Notes under the pieces: generated by a model
What the model saw: the letters and a program-made list of their open reading frames with translations, nothing else
What the model was told of the DNA's origin: nothing
Database searches by the model: none
Made by a program: the position numbers and the translations under genes
Assembly: GCA_951406725.2 (NCBI GenBank)
Contig: OX597819.1
Coordinates: 57,412,001 to 57,476,000 of the forward strand
From: Octopus vulgaris
Lineage: Eukaryota
Length of the DNA: 64,000 bases
Direction: 5' to 3'
In this document: positions 53,050 through 64,000 of the stretch, in pieces
Layout: each line of letters begins with the position of its first letter
How positions within the stretch are numbered: position 1 is the stretch's first letter

Positions 53050-53972
53050 AGGCGGCGAGCTGGCAGAGACGTTAGCACGCCAGGCGGAATGCTTAGCGGT
53101 ATTTCGTCTGCTGTTACGTTCTGAGTTCAAATTCCGACGAGGTCGACTTTGCCTGTCATCCCTTCGGGGTCAATAAATTAAGTACCAGTTACGCACTGGG
53201 GTCGATATAATCGACTTATTCCGTTTGTCTGTCCTTGTTTGTCTTCTCTGTGTTTAGCCCCTTGTGGGTGGTAAAAAATATGTATTCTGAGTTCAAATTC
53301 CGCGGAGGTCGACTTTGCCTCTCATCCTTTCGGGGTCGATAAATTAAGTACCAGTTACACACTGGGGTCGATATAATCAGCTTAATCCCTTTGTCTGTCC
53401 TTGTTTTTCTTCTCTGTGTTTAGCCCCTTGGGGGTAGTAAAAAATACGTATTCTGAGTTCAAATTTCCGCCGAGGTCGACTTTGCCTCTCATCCTTTCGG
53501 GGTCGATAAATTAAGTACCAGTTACACACTGGGGTCGAATTAATTGACTTAATCCCTTTGTCTGTCCTTGTTTATTTCCTCTATGTTTAGCCCCTTGTGG
53601 GCAATAAAGAAATAAGAAATGTTGGCACGCCGGGCGAAATGCGTCCTGAGTTCAAATTCCGCCGAGGTCGACTTTGCCTTTCAGCCTTTCGGGGTCGATT
53701 AAATAACTACCAGTTATGCACTGGGGTCGATATAATCGACTTATTCCGTCTGTCTGTTCTTGTTTGTCCTTTCTGTGTTTAACCCCTTTGTGGGTAGTAA
53801 AGATATAGGTATTTCGTCTGTCTTTATGTTCTGAGTTCAAATTCCGCCGGGGTCAAGTTGCCTCTCATCGTCTCGGGGTCGATAAATTAGTACCAGTTGC
53901 ACACTGTGATCAATCTAATCGACTGGCCCCCTCCCCCAAAATTTCGGGCCTTCTTCCAAGAATAGAATAGAA
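53050..53972 (+). mobile_element. Family A SINE with five tandem internal cores
   Basis: One head (53050), cores starting near 53118, 53284, 53450, 53645 and 53828, one terminal tail; imperfect TSD TATTTCATCAGTTAT / TATTCCAACAGTTAT. Confidence 0.9.
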
Positions 53973-54022
53973 TATTCCAACAGTTATTGCCGTTTCTATA
54001 AGTATGTTCTTTTTACATCTAT

Positions 54023-54321
54023 TTTTATATATGCGCCCTTTTCAAGCCTAGCCAGATTCATGGGCCTGGTTACCCGGTTTCTATGGCGTATGTGACCCCC
54101 TCCCAACTAAACGGGACGCCAGTCTATTGCGGCGTTACTCAAGAAACAGGGAGAAAGAGTGAGAGAAAGTTGGGCCGAAAGAGTACAACAGGGGTCGCCA
54201 CCACCCCCTGCCAGAGCCTTTATAGCTTCAGGTGTATTCGCTCAATAAATACATACAAGGGAATCGAAACCGTGATCCTCCGGCCGCGAGCCCGCTGCCC
54301 TAATCACTGGGTCATTGCGCC
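54023..54321 (-). mobile_element. tRNA-derived SINE, family D, with a 12-bp TSD
   Basis: Minus-strand head GGCGCAATGACCCAGTGATTAGG...GGTTTCGATTCC (A/B-box-like); TTTTACATCTAT at 54011-54022 and 54322-54333. Confidence 0.8.
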
Positions 54322-55265
54322 TTTTACATCTATAGAAATAATAATCACTCGTTATTTCAATAGTCGACAAGGAAATGATTGAGTATATACATACACATTC
54401 GTTCTTTTAGCTACAGCAACAAATTTGTTTCAAATCATGTGTTACCGTCTAAAAGCAAAGAAACAATGTACTCCTAAATATTCAAAACAAAAAAATAAAA
54501 AAATGAAGAAATCCCGGAACGGTTACTACAAGGAAGCTTTAAATATGAGGCTTCTGTATTATGCCTGTTATGGCGCTAAACAGCAGCAACTATATTATTT
54601 GTGTTCTGATGTAACAAAGTTTGATGTTGAAATTAGCTGGCATGTTGCAAGCAAACAACTTCCTGAAATATTTTATGCAGCGATAATGTTCACACTTGAT
54701 TATTATGTCAGCATTCATAATTATGCAAAGCACGCAGTAGAAAGACTAATATTAATTCTAATAAGCCACTTTATTCACTGAAAATTTCTCCAAATTAGCA
54801 CAACATTTCAAATTTAAATTATTCTGTTTGACAGATATTGGTAGTGGTGCCATTCAAGACGAGTCTCCGGTATGAGAACAACACCCTGACTTCCTTCTAC
54901 CTGTCATAGATGCTCACAAAACGGTCATGGGTGGTGGTTTTCTACCTGCATAGTCATCGATAAAACAAATTTTTAATGAATGAAAAATGAAAGTTCGTTT
55001 TAAAAAAAATGAATGTAAAAATGAGAGTTCGCTTTAAAGAAATACGATTTTAGATTCAATATCAACAAAATTGTATATCATCTTCTCCTCTTGTACTTGT
55101 TTCAGTCATTAGATTGCGGCCAAGCTAGGGCTACACCTTGAAAAAGTTTTAGTCGAATGATTCGACTTTTGTACTTATTTTTTAAACTTGTATTTATTTA
55201 GTTTTATATTTAAGAGATGAGGAATTATGTACTTTATTTACATTATTTACATTCGATGGATATTT

Positions 55266-56413
55266 AGTTAAGTTAATTTTTTGGCTTAAAAAGCAAAAAG
55301 CAAGGCCGTGTAAGGGGACATGGAGCTATGTACAGGGGTGTTCATACAAAGAGTTCAGGCCATTTCTGGTCAAGAGAGGCTTTGAACCGAGCGGGCGTCG
55401 GCATCTTCACTATCTCATCCGGCAGCTTATTCCACGGATCCGCAACCCGGACGGAGAAAGCCCCTCTCCTTCGATTGAGATGAAATCGTCGCAGATAGAG
55501 CTTTTCGGAGTGACCCCGCAGCCTACGCTCTGGAGCAGGAATGAAGAACAGCTGTTTCGAGAGGTTACACTTTCCGCTTATGATGTTGTGAGCAAGAATG
55601 AGATCACCACGGCGTCGTCGTTTTTCTAGAGAATAAAGGTCGAGCGTCTTCAGCCTTTCTTCATAAGACAAATGCTTGAAACTAAGAACCATGCGGGTAG
55701 CCAGCTTCTGGACTCTTTCGAGATGATGTATGTCTTTGAGGAGATAAGGAGAAGAGGCTTGGATCCCGTACTCCAATATGGGTCTCACCAGTGTGACATA
55801 GAGCGGTAGGAATATGGCTGCTGTGTGCATTCCGAATGATCGTCGAATCAAAAACAGAACTCCGCGTGCTTTGTTGGCAGCATGGACGCACTGGGCCGAA
55901 GGCGAAAAGGAAGAATCCACCAAGATACCCAGGTCCTTTACCTGGTCGGTCCTCTCCAGCAGCAGACGACCTGGCTCGAAATCAACTTGAGTTGCAGGAG
56001 AAGAGCCAACAGGCAGATGACAGCACTTTGACACGTTCAGACACAGGTCTCATTCGTTAGACCATCTCCAAACTTGGTGGAGGCATCGACGAAGATCATC
56101 TATATCACCGCGAACAGCGACCAGTTTGACATTATCGGCAAATAGAAGGGTGTATTGCGTGAGGTCGCCGGGCAAGTGATTTATGAAGACTAAAAACAAT
56201 AAGGGCCCAAGCACTGAACTTTGAGGCACGCCACTGCTCACACTGGAGACGTCGGACAGCGAACCATTAACTTGGACTTGGAAGGAGCGATCTGAGAGGA
56301 AGGCACCAACCCATCGTACAATATCCAGATGGAAACTATATGCTTAAAGCTTGACAAGTAATAGGCGGTGGTTAACCGAGTCAAAAGCTTTTGGCAAAGT
56401 CCAATAAAACGAT
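55266..56413 (-). mobile_element. 5'-truncated CR1 LINE (decayed RT and C-terminus)
   Basis: IVLLDFAK, SGVPQSSVLGPLLFLVFIN, LFADNVKL, KDLGI, VRPILEY, LYSLEKRRRRGDLI, RLRGH, FSVRVADPWNKLP; short TTAAC-type tail near 55266-55277. Confidence 0.9.
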
Positions 56414-56550
56414 GTCCTCATCTTGTTTGTTGTTCACAGAGCCTTTCGGCTGATATACGCTCCAGCCTTCATCAGATGTCTTGGGGAAATTTCGAACCTG
56501 GGTTTTCATTCCTAAGGTATTTTTCGATGTTGATGTTGTTGTTGTTGTTG

Positions 56551-56621
<71 letters not shown>

Positions 56622-56708
56622 TTTATTATCATTATTGAGGTCACTGCATGGAATCGAACTTGGAATCCTGGGGTTAGTAGCCCCTGCTCTTAACCACTAC
56701 GCCATATG
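56414..56708 (-). mobile_element. tRNA-headed SINE, family E, with an internal (AAT/AAC)n tract and a hammerhead-like core; abuts the CR1 5' junction
   Basis: Head ATGGCGTAGTGGTTAAGAGCAGGGGCTACTAACCCCAGGATTCCAAGTTCGATTCC (A and B boxes); CUGAUGA-A-GGCUG...CAGCC-GAAA at 56444-56475. Confidence 0.75.
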
Positions 56709-56983
56709 GTATTTATTCTATCTGAATCTTTTGCCGGAGGGTTAAGTTATGGATACGCAAACACGCCAACACCAGTTGTCAAGCAGTTGCATGGGACAAA
56801 CACAATCACACACAGGCACACACGCACACACACACATACACACACAAATATATATATATGTGTGTGTGTGTCTTTGTCTTTAAATCATAATTTTAAATTT
56901 GGGTATGGTGCCATAAAGTGGGGCTGAACCTGGAACACTGTGGTGGGGAAGTCAGCTCTTTACCACGCTGCCACGCCTGCGCC
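56709..56983 (-). mobile_element. Degenerate family B SINE
   Basis: TTATTCTATC...TTTTGCCG...ACACCAGTTGTCAAGC...CTGAACC...CCACGCCTGCGCCTAT. Confidence 0.75.
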
Positions 56984-57345
56984 TATATAAGATTTCTAAC
57001 GGGAATATTTATTCCTGATATGTATACCGTCTGAATGTTATCCACAATATCGTACGTATCTTGAAGATTCCTGATATACAGCATTAAACTATGGAAGAAA
57101 TTATATTTGTATCGCCAACAACAGAAGTGTGATTCTTGCATCAATGTTTTACATTTCAAGATTTTGTTTTTCTGTTGATGGATGAGATTTAATATAATTC
57201 ACTACAATTATTTCTGAATTTGATTTATATTATAGAAGTTATATTTACAATGCTTTGAATAAATTTTGCTTTCAATAAACCGTTTTAAATTGAATCGGAA
57301 TATTGATTTCCTACTAAACACACAAAAACACACGCATACAGGCAT

Positions 57346-57415
<70 letters not shown>

Positions 57416-57527
57416 ATAGAAATACAAAAATAGAGGATCAAAGGCGATACACTGTCACATATTTATAAACTTGTCACCAATGCACATACATACGCAAACA
57501 CATAAATAAACGCACACATGTACTGAA

Positions 57528-57633
57528 AGACAGACAGACGAAACGAAAGACAGAAAGGTAAACAGACAGACAGACAAAACGACAGACAGACATGCAGAAA
57601 AATAGACAGATAGACAGACAGACAGACAGATAT

Positions 57634-57692
<59 letters not shown>

Positions 57693-57794
57693 TAGATAGA
57701 TGGATAGATGAATATATATATATATAGATAGATAGATAGATAGATAGATAGGTAGATGAATAGATAGACAGATAGAGAGATAGACAGATAGATG

Positions 57795-57876
<82 letters not shown>

Positions 57877-57882
57877 TAGATG

Positions 57883-57956
<74 letters not shown>

Positions 57957-58001
57957 CAGATAGAGAGATAGACAGATAGATAGATAGATAGATTAGATAG
58001 A

Positions 58002-58099
<98 letters not shown>

Positions 58100-58123
58100 T
58101 AGATAGATAGATAGATAGGATAG

Positions 58124-58213
<90 letters not shown>
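57528..58213. repeat. Long (GACA)/(GATA)n microsatellite
   Basis: Read directly from the sequence. Confidence 0.96.
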
Positions 58214-58679
58214 TGGAGACAGATGCTATGGATCTCAAGTTATAAAATAATGGCATCAAATATTCACTACTGATAGATTTAAATACTTGTGATGGTAGAG
58301 TCAAATCTATTTCACATATAGAATGACTGTCATTTCGCCCCATTTCAGCTCGCATGATCAGTGAAAAATATACAGAATTTGTATTTTGAAAAGATGTTTT
58401 AATATAACTGCTTTATGGACAATGGATTAAATTTTGTAAGAATATATTTGTAATTATGTTACAATTATATTAGAACTTAATATATATTTATGTATATAAA
58501 CAATTTCCAGACGAATGAATTTGCGTACTTTGTATATATGACTCGTGTGTCCTTATTCTTTGAAGACAGTCAAATATAATTTTAGGCTTATTTTGCTGCT
58601 GTTTGTGGTTGGACATACGAAAATATAATTCACACTCGTTGGCTTGCCATTAGGCACTATAGTAATATGGTAAAAGGGT

Positions 58680-58957
58680 AAAGGATGAAGACCCTTTTCG
58701 GTCATGAATAACCATGGGATTGCACCTAAAAAGTTTCAGTCCGACGCTCAAATTCGGTCAAGGTTGTTTATGGAAGACAAGCACGCCACCGACGAGAAAG
58801 GCAAAGGCCGATACAGCTTGGCACCAGTAACGTCACACATCTTTTCTACAGTTGAGGGAACTGGAGCAACGGGAAATAAAGTGTCTTGCTCAAGAACACA
58901 ACACGCAGCCTGGTCTGGGAATCGAATTGATTACCCCATGATTGTGAGCCCAACGCA
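58680..58957 (-). mobile_element. Family C-like SINE
   Basis: CTGGAGCAACGGGAAATAAAGTGTCTTGCTCAAGAACACAAC...GGGAATCGAA. Confidence 0.65.
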
Positions 58958-59009
58958 TTTTGTGATTATATGTAGGAAAAATAACACATTTTTGCTTACA
59001 TTTTATCAA

Positions 59010-59270
59010 TTCCTCATACAATCATTAGAGTGCAGCTATGCAGGGGCATCGCCTTGGAGAAATTTTTGTCGAATATATCACCCCCAGGACCTTTTTTTGT
59101 GGGCCTATTACTTATTCTATCAGCCTTTTGTATCGAATTGCTCGGAAACCGGTCGTGAAGCGGTGGTGGAGGAAACAAATAGAGACAAAAATACAAACAC
59201 ACAACGCATGCATACATATATTTACACATATATAATGGGCTTCTTTCAGTTTCCGTCTACCAAATCTAAT
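59010..59270 (-). mobile_element. Degenerate family B SINE fragment
   Basis: GGGCTTCTTTCAGTTTCCGTCTACCAAATC and ACTTATTCTATC motifs. Confidence 0.65.
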
Positions 59271-60178
59271 TACAAAACATTTTTTGTCGAAATTTATTCG
59301 AAATGCTTGTTGATATGAAATTTTGGCGCATAATTATCAATTTTGAGGAAATGTGTAAGAATTTAACTGTTAAATTATTTTATTGTTCCCGAAAGGATAA
59401 AAAGATAATCTGATCTCAATTAGTGAAGTGGAAAGAAAAACTGCACAGCATTTTGTCCGATGCCGTAAGGATAGCACCACATCACAGTCTTAAAACTGTT
59501 AATAAAAACGTTTGGATTTTCTCACAGCAACTATTCCCAATGGCTGAACTAAACTAACTTAAGTCTATTTAATATTCAAGACTTTATATCCGCCTTGTTA
59601 ATAATACAAAGACATATAATAAATGACAATTACAGAAAGAAAAAAAAATTTAATATTTCCTGCGTAAAAAATATAACAATCTTTTAAAAGCTCCACAATT
59701 ATATTTCTAGCAATCTATATGAAATGTTGGCTGCTAAATATGTCACTAAATTGAAAACAGAATATGTATAATTTTTTCCCATTTTTAAAAGCCACAATCT
59801 TGTCAAACGTGTTATAAAGTTGTGTTGGAGAAAAACGCTGACAATTTCATTAAAATCGAGCGGAGATTTCTTTTACAAATATGTGTTAATCATGTGTTAT
59901 TGTCATGATTAATGTTGTCGATTTTAAAAGTTGTTTTTCGTTGGGCTTTTTTCGCTAAATAATACAGGCTAATTGAAATGTCCTATTATAGATAAATACT
60001 ACTTCAATATCTTCTTTGATAAATTCTGAATCTGTGTTCATAGATTTTATTATGGCTTAAGATGATAGAGACTTTAACATACAAAATACGAAATGGAATG
60101 TTCTCGTACAAACATACTGATATGCTTGTAGTTACGTGCGTACATACACAGGCAGAATCGCGCATGCATATACCTACT

Positions 60179-60248
<70 letters not shown>

Positions 60249-60296
60249 CATATTTATACATATATATCTTTATACACACACACACATATATAAAAC

Positions 60297-60345
<49 letters not shown>

Positions 60346-60385
60346 AGATATAGATATATATGTATATATACATGCATATATATAC

Positions 60386-60432
<47 letters not shown>

Positions 60433-60449
60433 TACACACACACACGCAC

Positions 60450-60481
<32 letters not shown>

Positions 60482-61469
60482 CATACATACATACATACAT
60501 ACATACACATATATATCTTTATGTATGTGTGAATGTATCTATGTATATATACTACAGATACATACATACATACATACACACATACATACAAATATATCTG
60601 TGTATCAATGTATGTATGTATGTATGTATGTATGTATATATATATACATAGAGAGAGAGAGAGAAAGAGAGAGAAAGAAAGGGAGAGAGACAGAGGCGAA
60701 AATACATAAGCATCCATATGCATCGGCATAAACCCCCTCGCACAGAAACACACACATACACACAAACACGTGCATATGCGCGCGTATGCGTATTTCTGTA
60801 TATAAGAATGTGTACCCGCGAGGTACTTTATGTATGTGCGTTGGTGTATAAATATCAATGAGCGTGTGTATGAGTCTTTGCACGTGTGTAAGTGCGAGTG
60901 ATTATATGCGTGATTCTCCGTGTGTTTGCATGACCGTGCAAATGTCTGCATATATGCGCTTCCGTACATTCGCATTATGAATACACAGCTCTGTTAAAAG
61001 TATTCTCACCGGATTTAAAATTGATTTTAGCACATTTGATTTCGTATTAGTTGTTCACTTCATAAATATTCCTCTAGATAATACTCGAACAATGTATATC
61101 AATAGTAATCTTTACCTTTATTAATTCTTTATGATGTTAAAAGCTATTATGTATATTTAAGTCCGCTATGATTTTTACTGTTTTTTCCCCCTACTTGAAT
61201 ATACGCGTACACTTTCAAACATAGACACCTTTAGTTATAAACGTACATTCAGTGTTACACCTAGATACACATATACACATATAATGCTCATATGTGAGTG
61301 CATGGGAATATGTGTATGTATATATATATATATATATATACACTCATTCACATATATTTATACATACACAAACACACACACATATGTATATATACGCACA
61401 CACACTCGCTCACATACATGTATACGCAGATGTATACAAATATACATACATGCATATATATATACATAA

Positions 61470-61512
<43 letters not shown>

Positions 61513-61519
61513 CTTTTAT

Positions 61520-61765
61520 AGATTTTCTTGTTTCAGTCATTTGACTGCGGCCATGCAGGAGCACCGCCTTTAGTCGAGCAAAATCGACCCCAGGCCTTCT
61601 TCTTTGTAGCCCTACTACTTATTGTATCTTTCTCTTTTGCCGAAGCGCTAAGTTACGGAGGCATAAACACATCAGAATCGGTTGTCAAAGGATGTTGGGG
61701 GGACAAATACAGACACACAAACGTACATATAAGCGAAGGCTATGGTTGGCCCGAGGCTATAGCAG
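61520..61765 (-). mobile_element. Family B SINE (internally deleted)
   Basis: TTGTTTCAGTCATTTGACTGCGGCCATGCAGGAGCACCGCC...GGCCCGAGGCTATAG. Confidence 0.85.
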
Positions 61766-61799
61766 GTAGAGAGAAATATGCGCGGCTGATCCCGGGTTT

Positions 61800-62135
61800 A
61801 AACTCACAGCGTAGCACTTTGTGCAAGTGTCTTCTTCAATAACCTCGGGCCAGCAAAAACCTTGCGAATGGATTTGCTAGAAGGAAACAGAGAGAAACCC
61901 ATTGTATAATTAATTTGTGTGTGTGTGTGTCTTTCTGTCTGTGTTTGTTTTCTCAATACCACTTGAGAACCGGTGTTGATGTGTTTACGTTCCCCTGACA
62001 TAATGGCACGGCATAAGAGACCGATAGAACAGGCTTAAAAAATATAAGTCCTGTGTTCGATTTCCTCGACTAAAACCATTCAAGGCGGTACTCCAGCATG
62101 GCGGCAGTTACATGCCTAGAACAAGTAAAACAATA
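61800..62135 (+). mobile_element. Family B SINE in the opposite orientation, adjacent to 61520-61765
   Basis: GCACTTTGTGCAAGTGTCTTC...GGCGGTACTCCAGCATGGC...ACAAGTAAAA. Confidence 0.75.
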
Positions 62136-62453
62136 AAAGAATAAAGAAAATATATATATTTGTGTGTGTGTGCGCGTTTGTATATATTGTCCGGCATTCG
62201 CCGTGATAGATCGCTAGCCACTACACTTTCTTTATTTTCTCTCCTTGTTTCTTTCTGTGTTCCTTTCTGTGGAAGAGCGTAGGCTCGAAACGTTAAAAAC
62301 TTTTTCACTTCCCGAGCATTATACAAATACATCTGTTTGTTGTCTACACCACCTGTCTTTGTCTTTTGTTGTTTTTTTTGTGAATTCTTCCAATACATAT
62401 TGGTAGCTAAGAGTTTTTTCGATAAATAATCTTGCTACCCTAAGATTTTAATG

Positions 62454-62548
<95 letters not shown>

Positions 62549-62552
62549 TATG

Positions 62553-62715
62553 CACGACAGATTTCTTCCAGTTTCTGTTTGCCAAAACCATTCACAAGGC
62601 TTTGGTCGACCCGAAACTCTAGAGGAATACACCTACGCAAGTATCACGCAGTGGGACTTGTCCCAGTGTGGTATTCTTTGGAAATAAGTTTCTTACCACC
62701 AGACCTGTCTGCGCC
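62553..62715 (-). mobile_element. Family B SINE, 5' part
   Basis: CACAAGGCTTTGGTCGACCCG...CACGCAGTGGGACT...CTTACCAC. Confidence 0.7.
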
Positions 62716-63270
62716 AATTACTGCCTTGCCCGTGCTAAACAACCGCGCATATTTCTCTCTACCTGTGTGAAATGCTAATTGCAATTGTATCGCTTTGCTG
62801 TAAGTACAAAGAAAACACAGATATACACAAAGAGAGACGCTGATAAATATTTACTATTGTTTAAATGTTAAAGAATTTGTTGGTGTTCCGAGATTTCTGT
62901 ATATTTCTATGTATTTAAATATATATGATTACCTATCGCTTGTAATCTCCCTGGAATTCTAATCCCTCTTGCTTGTTATTATCTTCACATAATCCGTTAT
63001 TATGTTTTAAATCTGCTTTATTTGACAGCCGAGCTTCAATATATTCATGGTAATATATTCCAGTGTCTTTATATTTCTCAGTATGATTACGGCTGAAATA
63101 TTCATATCAACATCACATGATATTATTGATAGCGGTATGAGAACAGTTGAGGTTTGCAATTTCCTCAAAAGCAGCCGTTTCCTATTACCTCCTTTATATA
63201 TATATATATATATATATACAGAGAGAGAGAGAGAGAGAGAGACACACACACACACACACACATACATATA

Positions 63271-63301
<31 letters not shown>

Positions 63302-63313
63302 GTATATATATAT

Positions 63314-63355
<42 letters not shown>

Positions 63356-63359
<4 letters not shown>

Positions 63360-64000
63360 TATTTTATTTTACCTGGTTTCAGCTCACGAGTCGTGGCCAT
63401 GCTGGGGCACCGCCATTTGGTGCATGAGAGAGTTCGATGCAGCTGCCCTCATCTGCACCTCCTGCCGTGAAGTTGGTTCATCTGGGACACCTAACAGGAA
63501 GAGATCCAGTTTTATTTTAAAGACATCTGCATCCATCCCATGCAGGTCTCTCAGGTTCTTCGGAAGGATATTGAAGAGCTGTGGGCTTCGGAAGCCCAGG
63601 CTATATCACAGTATCTTGTCCTACATCTTGATGGCAAATTTGGAGTCCTTGGCACCATGCAGTGGCGCCCAGTTCTAGCATTTGTGTAACTCTCGATGCC
63701 AAAGTTTGGGACATGTCCTTCTAGGATCTTCCAGATGTATATCATGGCTTATCTTTCTCGCCTACGCTCTAAGGAATAGAGTCTTAATCTCTTGAGTCTT
63801 TCCCAGTAGCTTATATGCTGCACTGAGGCTATCTTCTTCGTGTAGCTTCGTTGGATCGCCTCATGTTCTGTGATTAAGTTGACACTGGATGGTGACCATA
63901 GCTGAGAGCAATAGTCAAAGTGGCTTAGGACAATTGTCCTCCAGGGGACCATCATGGTTTCCTGGTCTCTTGTTCTAAAGGTTCTAAGAATCCATCCGGT
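63356..64000 (-). mobile_element. CR1/L2-group LINE 3' end (continues beyond the window), with a (TAAAA)n tail abutting (TA)n
   Basis: WILRTFRTRD, LSHFDYCSQLWSP, YWERLKRLRLYSLERRRER, IYIWKILEGHVPNFGIESY; disrupted by a stop and frameshifts. Confidence 0.9.

Noticed and set aside
56638-56708. Possible genuine tRNA gene (also the SINE heads at 12230-12309, 53050-53135 and 54255-54321)
   Set aside because: A/B boxes are present, but there is no clean acceptor stem, and each is fused to a repeat body, so these are SINE heads.

Overview
AT-rich eukaryotic (metazoan) intronic or intergenic DNA, dense in microsatellites. The tRNA-derived SINE families and the (TA)n/(GATA)n/(CA)n load point to an octopus-like cephalopod (inference). 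No host protein-coding exon can be supported. All recognisable coding sequence is transposon-derived: four CR1/L2-group LINE copies plus a short 3' fragment (one copy has a nearly complete endonuclease-RT ORF with a single frameshift), Tx1/L1-like 3' fragments embedded in (GATA)n, a decayed Tigger/pogo transposase, an internally deleted Helitron, a Penelope-like RT remnant and a HERO-like 3' remnant. There are also about 20 SINEs, several fold-back (MITE-like) elements, two minisatellites and a U6 snRNA fragment. The most interesting signals are RNA-level and structural: (1) an intact-looking type I hammerhead ribozyme with a palindromic stem III at 43931-43994 (-), plus three degenerate hammerhead cores, one inside a tRNA-headed SINE; (2) a SINE family whose 3' tail matches the 3' end of a LINE in the same window; (3) an apparent (GATA)n-targeting Tx1-like element; (4) a LINE that duplicated 44 bp of a Helitron 5' end. 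Most long ORFs in the supplied track are microsatellite artefacts.
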